Shown in pieces: positions 39,101-55,600 of a stretch of 64,000 nt of DNA. The notes under the pieces are model-generated. The model ran no database searches. It was not told where the DNA came from and worked only from the letters and a program-made list of their open reading frames with translations. The position numbers and the translations under genes are program-made. Origin of the DNA: Eledone cirrhosa (taxonomy: Eukaryota). The DNA is taken from contig OZ024744.1 of assembly GCA_964016885.1 (NCBI GenBank), positions 20,522,001 to 20,586,000 on the forward strand, in the 5' to 3' direction. How positions within the stretch are numbered: position 1 is the stretch's first letter; each line of letters begins with the position of its first letter.

Positions 39101-42100
39101 AGTTAAATCTAAATAACTGACTCGTTTTAACAACAGTTGAATGTTAAGATAAAACTCGTTTTAACAATAGTTGAACCTTAAGAACTGACTCGTTTTAACA
39201 ACAGTTGAATCTTAAGATAAAACTCGTTTTAACAACTGTTGAATCTTAAGAACTGACTCGTTTTAACAACAGCTGAATCTTAAGATAAAACTCGTTTTAA
39301 GAACAGTTGAATCTTAAGAACTGACTCGTTTTAACAACAGTTGAATCTTAAGAACTGACTCGTTTTAACAACAGTTGAATCTTAAGATAAAACTCGTTTT
39401 AACAACAGTTGAATCTTAAGAACTGACTCGTTTTAACAACAGCTGAATCTTAAGATAAAACTCGTTTTAACAACAGTTGAATCCTAAGAACTGACTTGTT
39501 TTATCAACAGTTCAACCGTAAGAACTGACTCGTTTTAACAACAGTTGAATGTTCAAATAAAACTCGTTTTAACAACAGTTGAATCTTAAGAACTGACTCG
39601 TTTTAACAACAGTTGAATCTTAAGAACTGACTCGTTTTAACAACAGTTAAATCTTAATAACTGACTCGTTTTAACAACAGTTGAATGTTAAGATAAAACT
39701 CGTTTTAACAACTGTTGAATCTTAAGAACTGACTCGTTTTAACAACAGCTGAATCTTAAGATAAAACTCGTTTTAACAACAGTTGAATCTTAAGAACTGA
39801 CTCGTTTTAACAACAGTTAAATCTTCAAATAAAACTCGTTTTAACAACAGTTGAACATTAAGAACTGTCTCGTTTTAACAACAGTTGAATGTTAAGATAA
39901 AACTCGTTTTAACAATAGTTGAATCTTAAGAACTGACTCGTTTTAACAACAGTTGAATCTTAAGATAAAACTCGTTTTAACAACAGTTGAATCTTAAGAA
40001 CTGAATCGTTTTAACAACAGCTGAATCTTAAAATAAAATTCGTTTTAACAACAGTTCAAACTTAAGAAATGACTCGTTTTAACAACAGTTGAATCTTATG
40101 AAATGACTCATTTTAACAACAGTTGAATCTTAAGAACTGATTCGTTTTAACAACAGTTGAATCTTAAGATAAAACTCGTTTTAACAACAGTGGAATCTTA
40201 AGAACTGACTCGTTTTAGCAACAGCTGAATCTTAAGATAAAACTCGTTTTAACAACAGTTGAATCTTAAGAACTGACTCGTTTTAACAACAGCTGAATCT
40301 TAATATAAAACTCGTTTTAACAGCAGTTGAATCTTAAGATAAAACTCGTTTTAACAACAGTTGAATCTTAAGAACTGACTCGTTTTAACAACAGTTGAAT
40401 CTTAAGAACTGACTCGTTTTAACGACAGCTGAATCTTAAGATAAAACTCGTTTTAACAACAGTTGGATCTTAAGAACTGACTCGTTTTAACAACAGTTGA
40501 ATCTTACGATAAAACTCGTTTTAACAACAGTTGAATCTTATGAACTAACTCATTTTAACAACAGTTGAATCTTAAGTTAAGACTCGTTTTAACAACAGTT
40601 GAATCTTAAGAACTGACTCGTTTTAACAACAGTTGAATCTTAAGACAAAACCCGTTTTAACAACAGTTGAATCTTAAGAACTGTCTCGTTTTAACAACAG
40701 TTGAATCTTAGGATAAACCTCGTTTTAACAACAGTTTAATCTTAAGAACTGACTCGTTTTAACAACAGTTGAATCTTAACACAAAACTCGTTTTAACAAC
40801 AGTTGAATCTTAAGAACTGACTTGTTCTAACAACAGTTCAGCCTTAAGAACTGACTCGTTTTAAAACAGTTGAATCGTTAGAACTGACTCGTTTTAACAA
40901 CAGTTGAATCTTAAAATAAAACTCGTTTTAACAATAGTTGAATCTCAAGAACTGACTCGTTTTAGCAACAGTTGAATCTTAAGATAACACTCGTTTTCAT
41001 AACAGTTGAATCTTAAGAACTGTCTCGTTTTAACAACAGTTGAATTTTAAGATAAACCTCGTTTTGACAACAGTTGAATCTTAAGAACTGACTCGTTTTA
41101 ACAACAGTTGAACATTAAGAACTGTCTCGTTTTAACAACAGTTGAATGTTAAGATAAAACTCGTTTTAACAATAGTTGAATCTTAAGAACTGACTCGTTT
41201 TAACAACAGTTGAATCTTAAGATAAAACTCGTTTTAACAACAGTTGAATCTTAAGAACTGAATCGTTTTAACAACAGCTGAATCTTAAGATAAAACTCGT
41301 TTTAACAACAGTTCAAACTTAAGAAATGACTCGTTTTAACAACAGTTGAATCTTATGAACTGACTCATTTTAACAACAGTTGAATCTTAAGAACTGATTC
41401 GTTTTAACAACAGTTGAATCTTAGGATAAAACTCGTTTTAACAACAGTTGAATCTAAATAACTGACTCGTTTTAACAACAGTTGAATGTTAAGATAAAAC
41501 TCGTTTTAACAATAGTTGAACCTTAAGAACTGACTCGTTTTAACAACAGTTGAATCTTAAGATAAAACTCGTTTTAACAACTGTTGAATCTTAAGAACTG
41601 ACTCGTTTTAACAACAGCTGAATCTTAAGACAAAACTCGTTTTAAGAACAGTTGAATCTTAAGAACTGACTCGTTTTAACAACAGTTGAATCTTAAGAAC
41701 TGACTCGTTTTAACAACAGTTGAATGTTAAGATAAAACTCGTTTTAACAATAGTTGAATCTTAAGAACTGACTCGTTTTAACAACAGTTGAATCTTAAGA
41801 TAAAACTCGTTTTAACAACAGTTGAATCTTAAGAACTGACTCGTTTTAACAACAGCTGAATCTTAATATAAAACTCGTTTTAACAACAGTTGAATCTTAA
41901 GAACTGACTCGTTTTAACAACAGTTGAATCTTAAGAACTGACTCGTTTTAACGACAGCTGAATCTTAAGATAAAACTCGTTTTAACAACAGTTGGATCTT
42001 AAGAACTGACTCTTTTTAACAACAGTTGAATCTTACGATAAAACTCGTTTTAACAACAGTTGAATCCTATGAACTAACTCATTTTAACAACAGTTGAATC

Positions 42101-43624
42101 TTAAGTTAAGACTCGTTTTAACAACATTTGAATCTTAAGAACTGACTCGTTTTAACAACAGTTGAATCTTAAGACAAAACCCGTTTTAACAACAGTTGAA
42201 TCTTAAGAACTGTCTCGTTTTAACAACAGTTGAATCTTAAGATAAACCTCGTTTTAACAACAGTTTAATCTTAAGAACAGACTCGTTTTAACAACAGTTG
42301 AATCTTAAGACAAAACTCGTTTTAACAACAGTTGAATCTTAAGAACTGACTTGTTCTAACAACAGTTCAGCCTTAAGAACTGACTCGTTTTAAAACAGTT
42401 GAATCGTTAGAACTGACTCGTTTTAACAACAGTTGAATCTTAAAATAAAACTCGTTTTAACAATAGTTGAATCTCAAGAACTGACTCGTTTTAGCAACAG
42501 TTGAATCTTAAGATAACACTCGTTTTCATAACAGTTGAATCTTAAGAACTGTCTCGTTTCAACAACAGTTGAATCTTAAGAACTGACTCGTTTTAACAAC
42601 AGTTAAATCTTAATAACTGACTCGTTTTAACAACAGTTGAATGTTAAGATAAAACTCGTTTTAACAATAGTTGAATCTTAAGAACTGACTCGTTTTAACA
42701 ACAGTTGAATCTTAATATAAAACTCGTTTTAACAACTGTTGAATCTTAAGAACTGACTCGTTTTAACAACAGCTGAATCTTAAGATAAAATTCGTTTTAA
42801 CAACAGTTGAATCTTAAGAACTGACTCGTTTTAACAACAGTTGAATCTTCAAATAATACTCGTTTTAACAACAGTTGAATCTTAAGAACTGACTCGTTTT
42901 AACAACAGTTGAATGTTAAGATAAAACTCGTTTTAACAATAGTGGAATCTTAAGAACTGACTCGTTTTGACAACAGTTGAATCTTAAGATAAAACTCGTT
43001 TTAACAACAGTTCAATCTTAAGAACTGACTCGTTTTAACAACAGCTGAATCTTAAGATAAAACTCGTTTTAACAACAGTTCAAACTTAAGAAATGACTCG
43101 TTTTAACAAAAGTTGAATCTTATGAACTGACTCATTTTAACAACAGTTGAATCTTAAGATAACATTCGTTTTAACAACAGTTGAATCTTAAGAACTGACT
43201 CGTTTTAACAACAGTTGAATCTTAAAGATAAAACTCGTTTCGACAACAGTTGAATCTTAAGAACTGACTCGTTTTAACAACAGCTGAATCTTAAGATAAA
43301 ACTCGTTTTAACAACAGTTGAATCTTAAGATAAAACTCGTTTTAACAACAGTTGAATCTTAAGAACTGACTCGTTTTAACGACAGCTGAATCTTAAGATA
43401 AAACTCGTTTTAACAACAGTTCAAACTTAAGAAATGACTCGTTTTAACAACAGTTGAATCTTATGAACTGACTCATTTTAACAACAGTTGAATCTTAAGA
43501 ACTGATTCGTTTTAACAACAGCTGAATCTTAAAATAAAACTCGTTTTAACAACAGTTGAATCTTTAGAACTGACTCGTTTTAACAACAGCTGAATCTTAA
43601 GATAAAACTCGTTTTAACAACTGT

Positions 43625-46600
43625 TGAATCTTAAGAACTGACTCGTTTTAACAACAGCTGAATCTTAAGATAAAACTCGTTTTAACAACAGTTGAATCTT
43701 AAGATAAAACTCGTTTTAACAACAGTTGAATCTTAAGAACTGACTCTTTTTAACAACAGTTGAATCTTAAGATAAAACTCGTTTTAACAACAGTTGAATC
43801 TTATGAGCTAACTCATTTTAACAACAGTTGAATCTTAAGTTCAGACTCGTTTTAACAACAGTTGAATCTTAAGAACTGACTCGTTTTAACAACAGCTGAA
43901 TCTTAAGATAAAACTCGTTTTAACAACAGTTGAATCTTAAGAACTGACTCGTTTTAACAACAGCTGAATCTTAAGATAAAACTCGTTTTAACAACAGTTG
44001 AATCTTAAGATAAAACTCGTTTTAACAACAGTTGAATCTTAAGTACTGACTCGTTTTAACAACAGTTGAATCTTAAGATAAAACTCGTTTTAACAACAGT
44101 TGAATCTTATGAGCTAACTCATTTTAACAACAGTTGAATCTTAAGTTAAGACTCGTTTTAACAACAGTTGAATCTTAAGAACTGACTCGTTTTAACGACA
44201 GCTGAATCTTAAGATAAAACTTGATTTAACAACAGTTGAATCTTAAAGATAAAACTCGCTTTAACAACAGTTGAATCTTAAGAACTGACTCGTTTTAACA
44301 ACAGTTGAATCTTAAGACAAAACCCGTTTTAACAACAGTTGAATCTTAAGAACTGTCTCGTTTTAACAACAGTTGAATCTTAAGATAAACCTCGTTTTAA
44401 CAACAGTTTAATCTTAAGAACAGACTCGTTTTAACAACAGTTGAATCTTAAGACAAAACTCGTTTTAACAACAGTTGAATCTTAAGAACTGACTTGTTCT
44501 AACAACAGTTCAGCCTTAAGAACTGACTCGTTTTAAAACAGTTGAATCGTTAGAACTGACTCGTTTTAACAACAGTTGAATCTTAAAATAAAACTCGTTT
44601 TAACAATAGTTGAATCTCAAGAACTGACTCGTTTTAGCAACAGTTGAATCTTAAGATAACACTCGTTTTCATAACAGTTGAATCTTAAGAACTGTCTCGT
44701 TTCAACAACAGTTGAATCTTAAGAACTGACTCGTTTTATCAACAGTTGAATCTTAAGAACTGACTCGTTTTAACAACAGTTAAATCTTAATAACTGACTC
44801 GTTTTAACAACAGTTGAATGTTAAGATAAAACTCGTTTTAACAATAGTTGAATCTTAAGAACTGACTCGTTTTAACAACAGTTGAATCTTAATATAAAAC
44901 TCGTTTTAACAACTGTTGAATCTTAAGAACTGACTCGTTTTAACAACAGCTGAATCTTAAGATAAAATTCGTTTTAACAACAGTTGAATCTTAAGAACTG
45001 ACTCGTTTTAACAACAGTTGAATCTTCAAATAATACTCGTTTTAACAACAGTTGAATCTTAAGAACTGACTCGTTTTAACAACAGTTGAATGTTAAGATA
45101 AAACTCGTTTTAACAATAGTGGAATCTTAAGAACTGACTCGTTTTAACAACAGTTGAATCTTAAGATAAAACTCGTTTTAACAACAGTTCAATCTTAAGA
45201 ACCGACTCGTTTTTACAACAGCTGAATCTTAAGATAAAACTCGTTTTAACAACAGTTCAAACTTAAGAAATGACTCGTTTTAACAAAAGTTGAATCTTAT
45301 GAACTGACTCATTTTAACAACAGTTGAATCTTAAGATAACATTCGTTTTAACAACAGTTGAATCTTAAGAACTGACTCGTTTTAACAACAGTTGAATCTT
45401 AAAGATAAAACTCGTTTCGACAACAGTTGAATCTTAAGAACTGACTCGTTTTAACAACAGCTGAATCTTAAGATAAAACTCGTTTTAACAACAGTTGAAT
45501 CTTAAGATAAAACTCGTTTTAACAACAGTTGAATCTTAAGAACTGACTCGTTTTAACGACAGCTGAATCTTAAGATAAAACTCGTTTTAACAACAGTTCA
45601 AACTTAAGAAATGACTCGTTTTAACAACAGTTGAATCTTATGAACTGACTCATTTTAACAACAGTTGAATCTTAAGAACTGATTCGTTTTAACAACAGCT
45701 GAATCTTAAAATAAAACTCGTTTTAACAACAGTTGAATCTTTAGAACTGACTCGTTTTAACAACAGCTGAATCTTAAGATAAAACTCGTTTTAACAACTG
45801 TTGAATCTTAAGAACTGACTCGTTTTAACAACAGCTGAATCTTAAGATAAAACTCGTTTTAACAACAGTTGAATCTTAAGATAAAACTCGTTTTAACAAC
45901 AGTTGAATCTTAAGAACTTACTCTTTTTAACAACAGTTGAATCTTAAGATAAAACTCGTTTTAACAACAGTTGAATCTTATGAGCTAACTCATTTTAACA
46001 ACAGTTGAATCTTAAGTTCAGACTCGTTTTAACAACAGTTGAATCTTAAGAACTGACTCGTTTTAACAACAGCTGAATCTTAAGATAAAACTCGTTTTAA
46101 CAACAGTTGAATCTTAAGAACTGACTCGTTTTAACAACAGCTGAATCTTAAGATAAATCTCGTTTTAACAACAGTTGAATCTTAAGATAAAACTCGTTTT
46201 AACAACAGTTGAATCTTAAGTACTGACTCGTTTTAACAACAGTTGAATCTTAAGATAAAACTCGTTTTAACAACAGTTGAATCTTATGAGCTAACTCATT
46301 TTAACAACAGTTGAATCTTAAGTTAAGACTCGTTTTAACAACAGTTGAATCTTAAGAACTGACTCGTTTTAACGACAGCTGAATCTTAAGATAAAACTTG
46401 ATTTAACAACAGTTGAATCTTAAAGATAAAACTCGCTTTAACAACAGTTGAATCTTAAGAACTGACTCGTTTTAACAACAGTTGAATCTTAAGACAAAAC
46501 CCGTTTTAACAACAGTTGAATCTTAAGAACTGTCTCGTTTTAACAACAGTTGAATCTTAAGATAAACCTCGTTTTAACAACAGTTTAATCTTAAGAACTG

Positions 46601-49600
46601 ACTCGTTTTAACAACAGTTGAATCTTAAGACAAAACTCGTTTTAACAACAGTTGAATCTTAAGAACTGACTTGTTCTAACAACAGTTCAGCCTTAAGAAC
46701 TGACTCGTTTTAAAACAGTTGAATCGTTAGAACTGACTCGTTTTAACAACAGTTGAATCTTAAAATAAAACTCGTTTTAACAATAGTTGAATCTCAAGAA
46801 CTGACTCGTTTTAGCAACAGTTGAATCTTAAGATAACACTCGTTTTCATAACAGTTGAATCTTAAGAACTGTCTCGTTTTAACAACAGTTGAATCTTAAG
46901 ATAAACCTCGTTTTAACAACAGTTGAATCTTAAGAACTGACTCGTTTTAACAACAGTTAAATCTTAATAACAGACTCGTTTTAACAACAGTTGAATCTTA
47001 AAATAAAACTCGTTTTAACAACTGTTGAATCTTAAGAACTGACTCGTTTTAACAACAGCTGAATCTTAAGATAAAACTCGTTTTAACAACAGTTGAATCT
47101 TAAGAACTGACTCATTTTAACAACAGTTGAATCTTAAGATAAAACCCGTTTTAACAACTGTTGAATCTTAAGAACTGACTCGTTTTAACAACAGCTGAAT
47201 CTTAAGATAAAACTCGTTTTAACAACAGTTGAATCTTAAGAACTGACTCGTTTTAACAACAGTTGAATCTTCAAATAAAACTCGTTTTAACAACAGTTGA
47301 ATCTTAAGAACTGACTCGTTTTAACAACAGTTGAATGTTAAGATAAAACTCGTTTTAACAATAGTTGAAACTTAAGAACTGACTCGTTTTAACAACAGTT
47401 GAATCTTAAGAACTGACTCGTTTTAACAACAGCTGAATCTTAAGATAAAACTCGTTTTAACAACAGTTGAATCTTAAGAACGGACTCGTTTTAACAACAG
47501 CTGAATCTTAAGATAAAACTCGTTTTAACGACAGTTGAATCTTAAGAACTGATTCGTTTTAACAACAGTTCAAACTTAAGAACTGACTCGTTTTATCAAC
47601 AGTTGAATCTTATGAACTGACTCATTTTAACAACAGTTGAATCTTAAGATAACATTCGTTTTAACAACAGTTGAATCTTAAGAACTGACTCGTTTTAACA
47701 ACAGTTGAATCTTAAAGATAAAACTCGTTTCAACAACAGTTGAATCTTAAGAACTGACTCGTTTTAACAACAGCTGAATCTTAAGATAAAACTCGTTTTA
47801 ACAACAGTTGAATCTTAAGATAAAACTCGTTTTAACAACAGTTGAATCTTAAGAACTGACTCGTTTTAACGACAGCTGAATCTTAAGATAAAACTCGTTT
47901 TAACAACAGTTGAATCTTAAGAACAGACTCGTTTTAACAACAGTTGAATCTTAAGAACTGACTCGTTTTAACGACAGCTGAATCTTAAGATAAAACTCGT
48001 TTTAACAACAGTTCAAACTTAAGAAATGACTCGTTTTAACAACAGTTGTATCTTATGAACTGACTCATTTTAACAACAGTTGAATCTTAAGAACTGATTC
48101 GTTTTAACAACAGCTGAATCTTAAGATAAAACTCGTTTTAACAACAGTTGAATCTTTAGAACTGACTCGTTTTAACAACAGCTGAATCTTAAGATAAAAC
48201 TCGTTTTAACAACAGTTGAATCTTAAGAACTGACTCGTTTTAACAACAGCTGAATCTTAAGATAAAACTCGTTTTAACAACAGTTGAATCTTAAGATAAA
48301 ACTCGTTTTAACAACAGTTGAATCTTAAGAACTGACTTTTTTTAACAACAGTTGAATCTTAAGATAAAACTCGTTTTGACAACAGTTGAATCTTATGAGC
48401 TAACTCATTTTAACAACAGTTGAATCTTAAGTTCAGACTCGTTTTAACAACAGTTGAATCTTAAGAACTGACTCGTTTTAACAACAGCTGAATCTTAAGA
48501 TAAAACTCGTTTTAACAACAGTTGAATCTTAAGAACTGACTCGTTTTAACAACAGCTGAATCTTAAGATAAAACTCGTTTTAACAACAGTTGAATCTTAA
48601 GATAAAACTCGTTTTAACAACAGTTGAATCTTAAGTACTGACTCGTTTTAACAACAGTTGAATCTTAAGATAAAACTCGTTTTAACAACAGTTGAATCTT
48701 ATGAGCTAACTCATTTTAACAACAGTTGAATCTTAAGTTAAGACTCGTTTTAACAACAGTTGAATCTTAAGAACTGACTCGTTTTAACGACAGCTGAATC
48801 TTAAGATAAAACTTGATTTAACAACAGTTGAATCTTAAGAACTGACTCGTTTTAACAACAGTTGAATCTTAAGACAAAACCCGTTTTAACAACAGTTGAA
48901 TCTTAAGAACTGTCTCGTTTTAACAACAGTTGAATCTTAAGATAAACCTCGTTTTAACAACAGTTTAATCTTAAGAACTGATTCGTTTTAACAACAGTTG
49001 AATCTTAAGAACTGACTTGTTCTAACAACAGTTCAGCCTTAAGAACTGACTCGTTTTAAAACAGTTGAATCGTTAGAACTGACTCGTTTTAACAACGGTT
49101 GAATCTTAAAATAAAACTCGTTTTAACAATAATTGAATCTCAAGAACTGACTCGTTTTAGCAACAGTTGAATCTTAAGATAACACTCGTTTTCATAACAG
49201 TTGAATCTTAAGAACTGTCTCGTTTTAACAACAGTTGAATCTTAAGATAAACCTCGTTTTAACAACAGTTGATTCTTAAGAACCGACTCGTTTTAACAAC
49301 AGTTAAATCTAAATAACTGACTCGTTTTAACAACAGTTGAATGTTAAGATAAAACTCGTTTTAACAATAGTTGAACCTTAAGAACTGACTCGTTTTAACA
49401 ACAGTTGAATCTTAAGATAAAACTCGTTTTAACAACTGTTGAATCTTAAGAACTGACTCGTTTTAACAACAGCTGAATCTTAAGATAAAACTCGTTTTAA
49501 GAACAGTTGAATCTTAAGAACTGACTCGTTTTAACAACAGTTGAATCTTAAGAACTGACTCGTTTTAATAACAGTTGAATCTTAAGATAAAACTCGTTTT

Positions 49601-52600
49601 AACAACAGTTGAATCTTAAGAACTGACTCGTTTTAACAACAGCTGAATCTTAAGATAAAACTCGTTTTAACAACAGTTGAATCCTAAGAACTGACTTGTT
49701 TTATCAACAGTTCAACCGTAAGAACTGACTCGTTTTAACAACAGTTGAATGTTCAAATAAAACTCGTTTTAACAACAGTTGAATCTTAAGAACTGACTCG
49801 TTTTAACAACAGTTGAATCTTAAGAACTGACTCGTTTTAACAACAGTTAAATCTTAATAACTGACTCGTTTGAACAACAGTTGAATGTTAAGATAAAACT
49901 CGTTTTAACAACTGTTGAATCTTAAGAACTGACTCGTTTTAACAACAGCTGAATCTTAAGATAAAACTCGTTTTAACAACAGTTGAATCTTAAGAACTGA
50001 CTCGTTTTAACAACAGTTAAATCTTCAAATAAAACTCGTTTTAACAACAGTTGAACATTAAGAACTGTCTCGTTTTAACAACAGTTGAATGTTAAGATAA
50101 AACTCGTTTTAACAATAGTTGAATCTTAAGAACTGACTCGTTTTAACAACAGTTGAATCTTAAGATAAAACTCGTTTTAACAACAGTTGAATCTTAAGAA
50201 CTGAATCGTTTTAACAACAGCTGAATCTTAAAATAAAATTCGTTTTAACAACAGTTCAAACTTAAGAAATGACTCGTTTTAACAACAGTTGAATCTTATG
50301 AACTGACTCATTTTAACAACAGTTGAATCTTAAGAACTGACTCGTTTTAACAACAGTTGAATCTTAAAGATAAAACTCGTTTCAACAACAGTTGAATCTT
50401 AAGAACTGACTCTTTTTAACAACAGCTGAATCTTAAGATAAAACTCGTTTTAACAACAGTTGAATCTTAAGATAAAACTCGTTTTAACAACAGTTGAATC
50501 TTAAGAACTGACTCGTTTTAACGACAGCTGAATCTTAAGATAAAACTCGTTTTAACAACAGTTGAATCTTAAGAACAGACTCGTTTTAACAACAGTTGAA
50601 TCTTAAGAACTGACTCGTTTTAACGACAGCTGAATCTTAAGATAAAACTCGTTTTAACAACAGTTCAAACTTAAGAAATGACTCGTTTTAACAACAGTTG
50701 TATCTTATGAACTGACTCATTTTAACAACAGTTGAATCTTAAGAACTGATTCGTTTTAACAACAGCTGAATCTTAAGATAAAACTCGTTTTAACAACAGT
50801 TGAATCTTTAGAACTGACTCGTTTTAACAACAGCTGAATCTTAAGATAAAACTCGTTTTAACAACAGTTGAATCTTAAGAACTGACTCGTTTTAACAACA
50901 GCTGAATCTTAAGATAAAACTCGTTTTAACAACAGTTGAATCTTAAGATAAAACTCGTTTTAACAACAGTTGAATCTTAAGAACTGACTCTTTTTAACAA
51001 CAGTTGAATCTTAAGATAAAACTCGTTTTAACAACAGTTGAATCTTATGAGCTAACTCATTTTAACAACAGTTGAATCTTAAGTTCAGACTCGTTTTAAC
51101 AACAGTTGAATCTTAAGAACTGACTCGTTTTAACAACAGCTGAATCTTAAGATAAAACTCGTTTTAACAACAGTTGAATCTTAAGAACTGACTCGTTTTA
51201 ACAACAGCTGAATCTTAAGATAAAACTCGTTTTAACAACAGTTGAATCTTAAGATAAAACTCGTTTTAACAACAGTTGAATCTTAAGTACTGACTCGTTT
51301 TAACAACAGTTGAATCTTAAGATAAAACTCGTTTTAACAACAGTTGAATCTTATGAGCTAACTCATTTTAACAACAGTTGAATCTTAAGTTAAGACTCGT
51401 TTTAACAACAGTTGAATCTTAAGAACTGACTCGTTTTAACGACAGCTGAATCTTAAGATAAAACTTGATTTAACAACAGTTGAATCTTAAAGATAAAACT
51501 CGCTTTAACAACAGTTGAATCTTAAGAACTGACTCGTTTTAACAACAGTTGAATCTTAAGACAAAACCCGTTTTAACAACAGTTGAATCTTAAGAACTGT
51601 CTCGTTTTAACAACAGTTGAATCTTAAGATAAACCTCGTTTTAACAACAGTTTAATCTTAAGAACAGACTCGTTTTAACAACAGTTGAATCTTAAGACAA
51701 AACTCGTTTTAACAACAGTTGAATCTTAAGAACTGACTTGTTCTAACAACAGTTCAGCCTTAAGAACTGACTCGTTTTAAAACAGTTGAATCGTTAGAAC
51801 TGACTCGTTTTAACAACAGTTGAATCTTAAAATAAAACTCGTTTTAACAATAGTTGAATCTCAAGAACTGACTCGTTTTAGCAACAGTTGAATCTTAAGA
51901 TAACACTCGTTTTCATAACAGTTGAATCTTAAGAACTGTCTCGTTTCAACAACAGTTGAATCTTAAGAACTGACTCGTTTTATCAACAGTTGAATCTTAA
52001 GAACTGACTCGTTTTAACAACAGTTAAATCTTAATAACTGACTCGTTTTAACAACAGTTGAATGTTAAGATAAAACTCGTTTTAACAATAGTTGAATCTT
52101 AAGAACTGACTCGTTTTAACAACAGTTGAATCTTAATATAAAACTCGTTTTAACAACTGTTGAATCTTAAGAACTGACTCGTTTTAACAACAGCTGAATC
52201 TTAAGATAAAATTCGTTTTAACAACAGTTGAATCTTCAAATAATACTCGTTTTAACAACAGTTGAATCTTAAGAACTGACTCGTTTTAACAACAGTTGAA
52301 TGTTAAGATAAAACTCGTTTTAACAATAGTGGAATCTTAAGAACTGACTCGTTTTAACAACAGTTGAATCTTAAGATAAAACTCGTTTTAACAACAGTTC
52401 AATCTTAAGAACCGACTCGTTTTTACAACAGCTGAATCTTAAGATAAAACTCGTTTTAACAACAGTTCAAACTTAAGAAATGACTCGTTTTAACAAAAGT
52501 TGAATCTTATGAACTGACTCATTTTAACAACAGTTGAATCTTAAGATAACATTCGTTTTAACAACAGTTGAATCTTAAGAACTGACTCGTTTTAACAACA

Positions 52601-55600
52601 GTTGAATCTTAAAGATAAAACTCGTTTCGACAACAGTTGAATCTTAAGAACTGACTCGTTTTAACAACAGCTGAATCTTAAGATAAAACTCGTTTTAACA
52701 ACAGTTGAATCTTAAGATAAAACTCGTTTTAACAACAGTTGAATCTTAAGAACTGACTCGTTTTAACGACAGCTGAATCTTAAGATAAAACTCGTTTTAA
52801 CAACAGTTCAAACTTAAGAAATGACTCGTTTTAACAACAGTTGAATCTTATGAACTGACTCATTTTAACAACAGTTGAATCTTAAGAACTGATTCGTTTT
52901 AACAACAGCTGAATCTTAAAATAAAACTCGTTTTAACAACAGTTGAATCTTTAGAACTGACTCGTTTTAACAACAGCTGAATCTTAAGATAAAACTCGTT
53001 TTAACAACTGTTGAATCTTAAGAACTGACTCGTTTTAACAACAGCTGAATCTTAAGATAAAACTCGTTTTAACAACAGTTGAATCTTAAGATAAAACTCG
53101 TTTTAACAACAGTTGAATCTTAAGAACTTACTCTTTTTAACAACAGTTGAATCTTAAGATAAAACTCGTTTTAACAACAGTTGAATCTTATGAGCTAACT
53201 CATTTTAACAACAGTTGAATCTTAAGTTCAGACTCGTTTTAACAACAGTTGAATCTTAAGAACTGACTCGTTTTAACAACAGCTGAATCTTAAGATAAAA
53301 CTCGTTTTAACAACAGTTGAATCTTAAGAACTGACTCGTTTTAACAACAGCTGAATCTTAAGATAAATCTCGTTTTAACAACAGTTGAATCTTAAGATAA
53401 AACTCGTTTTAACAACAGTTGAATCTTAAGTACTGACTCGTTTTAACAACAGTTGAATCTTAAGATAAAACTCGTTTTAACAACAGTTGAATCTTATGAG
53501 CTAACTCATTTTAACAACAGTTGAATCTTAAGTTAAGACTCGTTTTAACAACAGTTGAATCTTAAGAACTGACTCGTTTTAACGACAGCTGAATCTTAAG
53601 ATAAAACTTGATTTAACAACAGTTGAATCTTAAAGATAAAACTCGCTTTAACAACAGTTGAATCTTAAGAACTGACTCGTTTTAACAACAGTTGAATCTT
53701 AAGACAAAACCCGTTTTAACAACAGTTGAATCTTAAGAACTGTCTCGTTTTAACAACAGTTGAATCTTAAGATAAACCTCGTTTTAACAACAGTTTAATC
53801 TTAAGAACTGACTCGTTTTAACAACAGTTGAATCTTAAGACAAAACTCGTTTTAACAACAGTTGAATCTTAAGAACTGACTTGTTCTAACAACAGTTCAG
53901 CCTTAAGAACTGACTCGTTTTAAAACAGTTGAATCGTTAGAACTGACTCGTTTTAACAACAGTTGAATCTTAAAATAAAACTCGTTTTAACAATAGTTGA
54001 ATCTCAAGAACTGACTCGTTTTAGCAACAGTTGAATCTTAAGATAACACTCGTTTTCATAACAGTTGAATCTTAAGAACTGTCTCGTTTTAACAACAGTT
54101 GAATCTTAAGATAAACCTCGTTTTAACAACAGTTGAATCTTAAGAACTGACTCGTTTTAACAACAGTTAAATCTTAATAACAGACTCGTTTTAACAACAG
54201 TTGAATCTTAAAATAAAACTCGTTTTAACAACTGTTGAATCTTAAGAACTGACTCGTTTTAACAACAGCTGAATCTTAAGATAAAACTCGTTTTAACAAC
54301 AGTTGAATCTTAAGAACTGACTCATTTTAACAACAGTTGAATCTTAAGATAAAACCCGTTTTAACAACTGTTGAATCTTAAGAACTGACTCGTTTTAACA
54401 ACAGCTGAATCTTAAGATAAAACTCGTTTTAACAACAGTTGAATCTTAAGAACTGACTCGTTTTAACAACAGTTGAATCTTCAAATAAAACTCGTTTTAA
54501 CAACAGTTGAATCTTAAGAACTGACTCGTTTTAACAACAGTTGAATGTTAAGATAAAACTCGTTTTAACAATAGTTGAAACTTAAGAACTGACTCGTTTT
54601 AACAACAGTTGAATCTTAAGAACTGACTCGTTTTAACAACAGCTGAATCTTAAGATAAAACTCGTTTTAACAACAGTTGAATCTTAAGAACGGACTCGTT
54701 TTAACAACAGCTGAATCTTAAGATAAAACTCGTTTTAACGACAGTTGAATCTTAAGAACTGATTCGTTTTAACAACAGTTCAAACTTAAGAACTGACTCG
54801 TTTTATCAACAGTTGAATCTTATGAACTGACTCATTTTAACAACAGTTGAATCTTAAGATAACATTCGTTTTAACAACAGTTGAATCTTAAGAACTGACT
54901 CGTTTTAACAACAGTTGAATCTTAAAGATAAAACTCGTTTCAACAACAGTTGAATCTTAAGAACTGACTCGTTTTAACAACAGCTGAATCTTAAGATAAA
55001 ACTCGTTTTAACAACAGTTGAATCTTAAGATAAAACTCGTTTTAACAACAGTTGAATCTTAAGAACTGACTCGTTTTAACGACAGCTGAATCTTAAGATA
55101 AAACTCGTTTTAACAACAGTTGAATCTTAAGAACAGACTCGTTTTAACAACAGTTGAATCTTAAGAACTGACTCGTTTTAACGACAGCTGAATCTTAAGA
55201 TAAAACTCGTTTTAACAACAGTTCAAACTTAAGAAATGACTCGTTTTAACAACAGTTGTATCTTATGAACTGACTCATTTTAACAACAGTTGAATCTTAA
55301 GAACTGATTCGTTTTAACAACAGCTGAATCTTAAGATAAAACTCGTTTTAACAACAGTTGAATCTTTAGAACTGACTCGTTTTAACAACAGCTGAATCTT
55401 AAGATAAAACTCGTTTTAACAACAGTTGAATCTTAAGAACTGACTCGTTTTAACAACAGCTGAATCTTAAGATAAAACTCGTTTTAACAACAGTTGAATC
55501 TTAAGATAAAACTCGTTTTAACAACAGTTGAATCTTAAGAACTGACTTTTTTTAACAACAGTTGAATCTTAAGATAAAACTCGTTTTGACAACAGTTGAA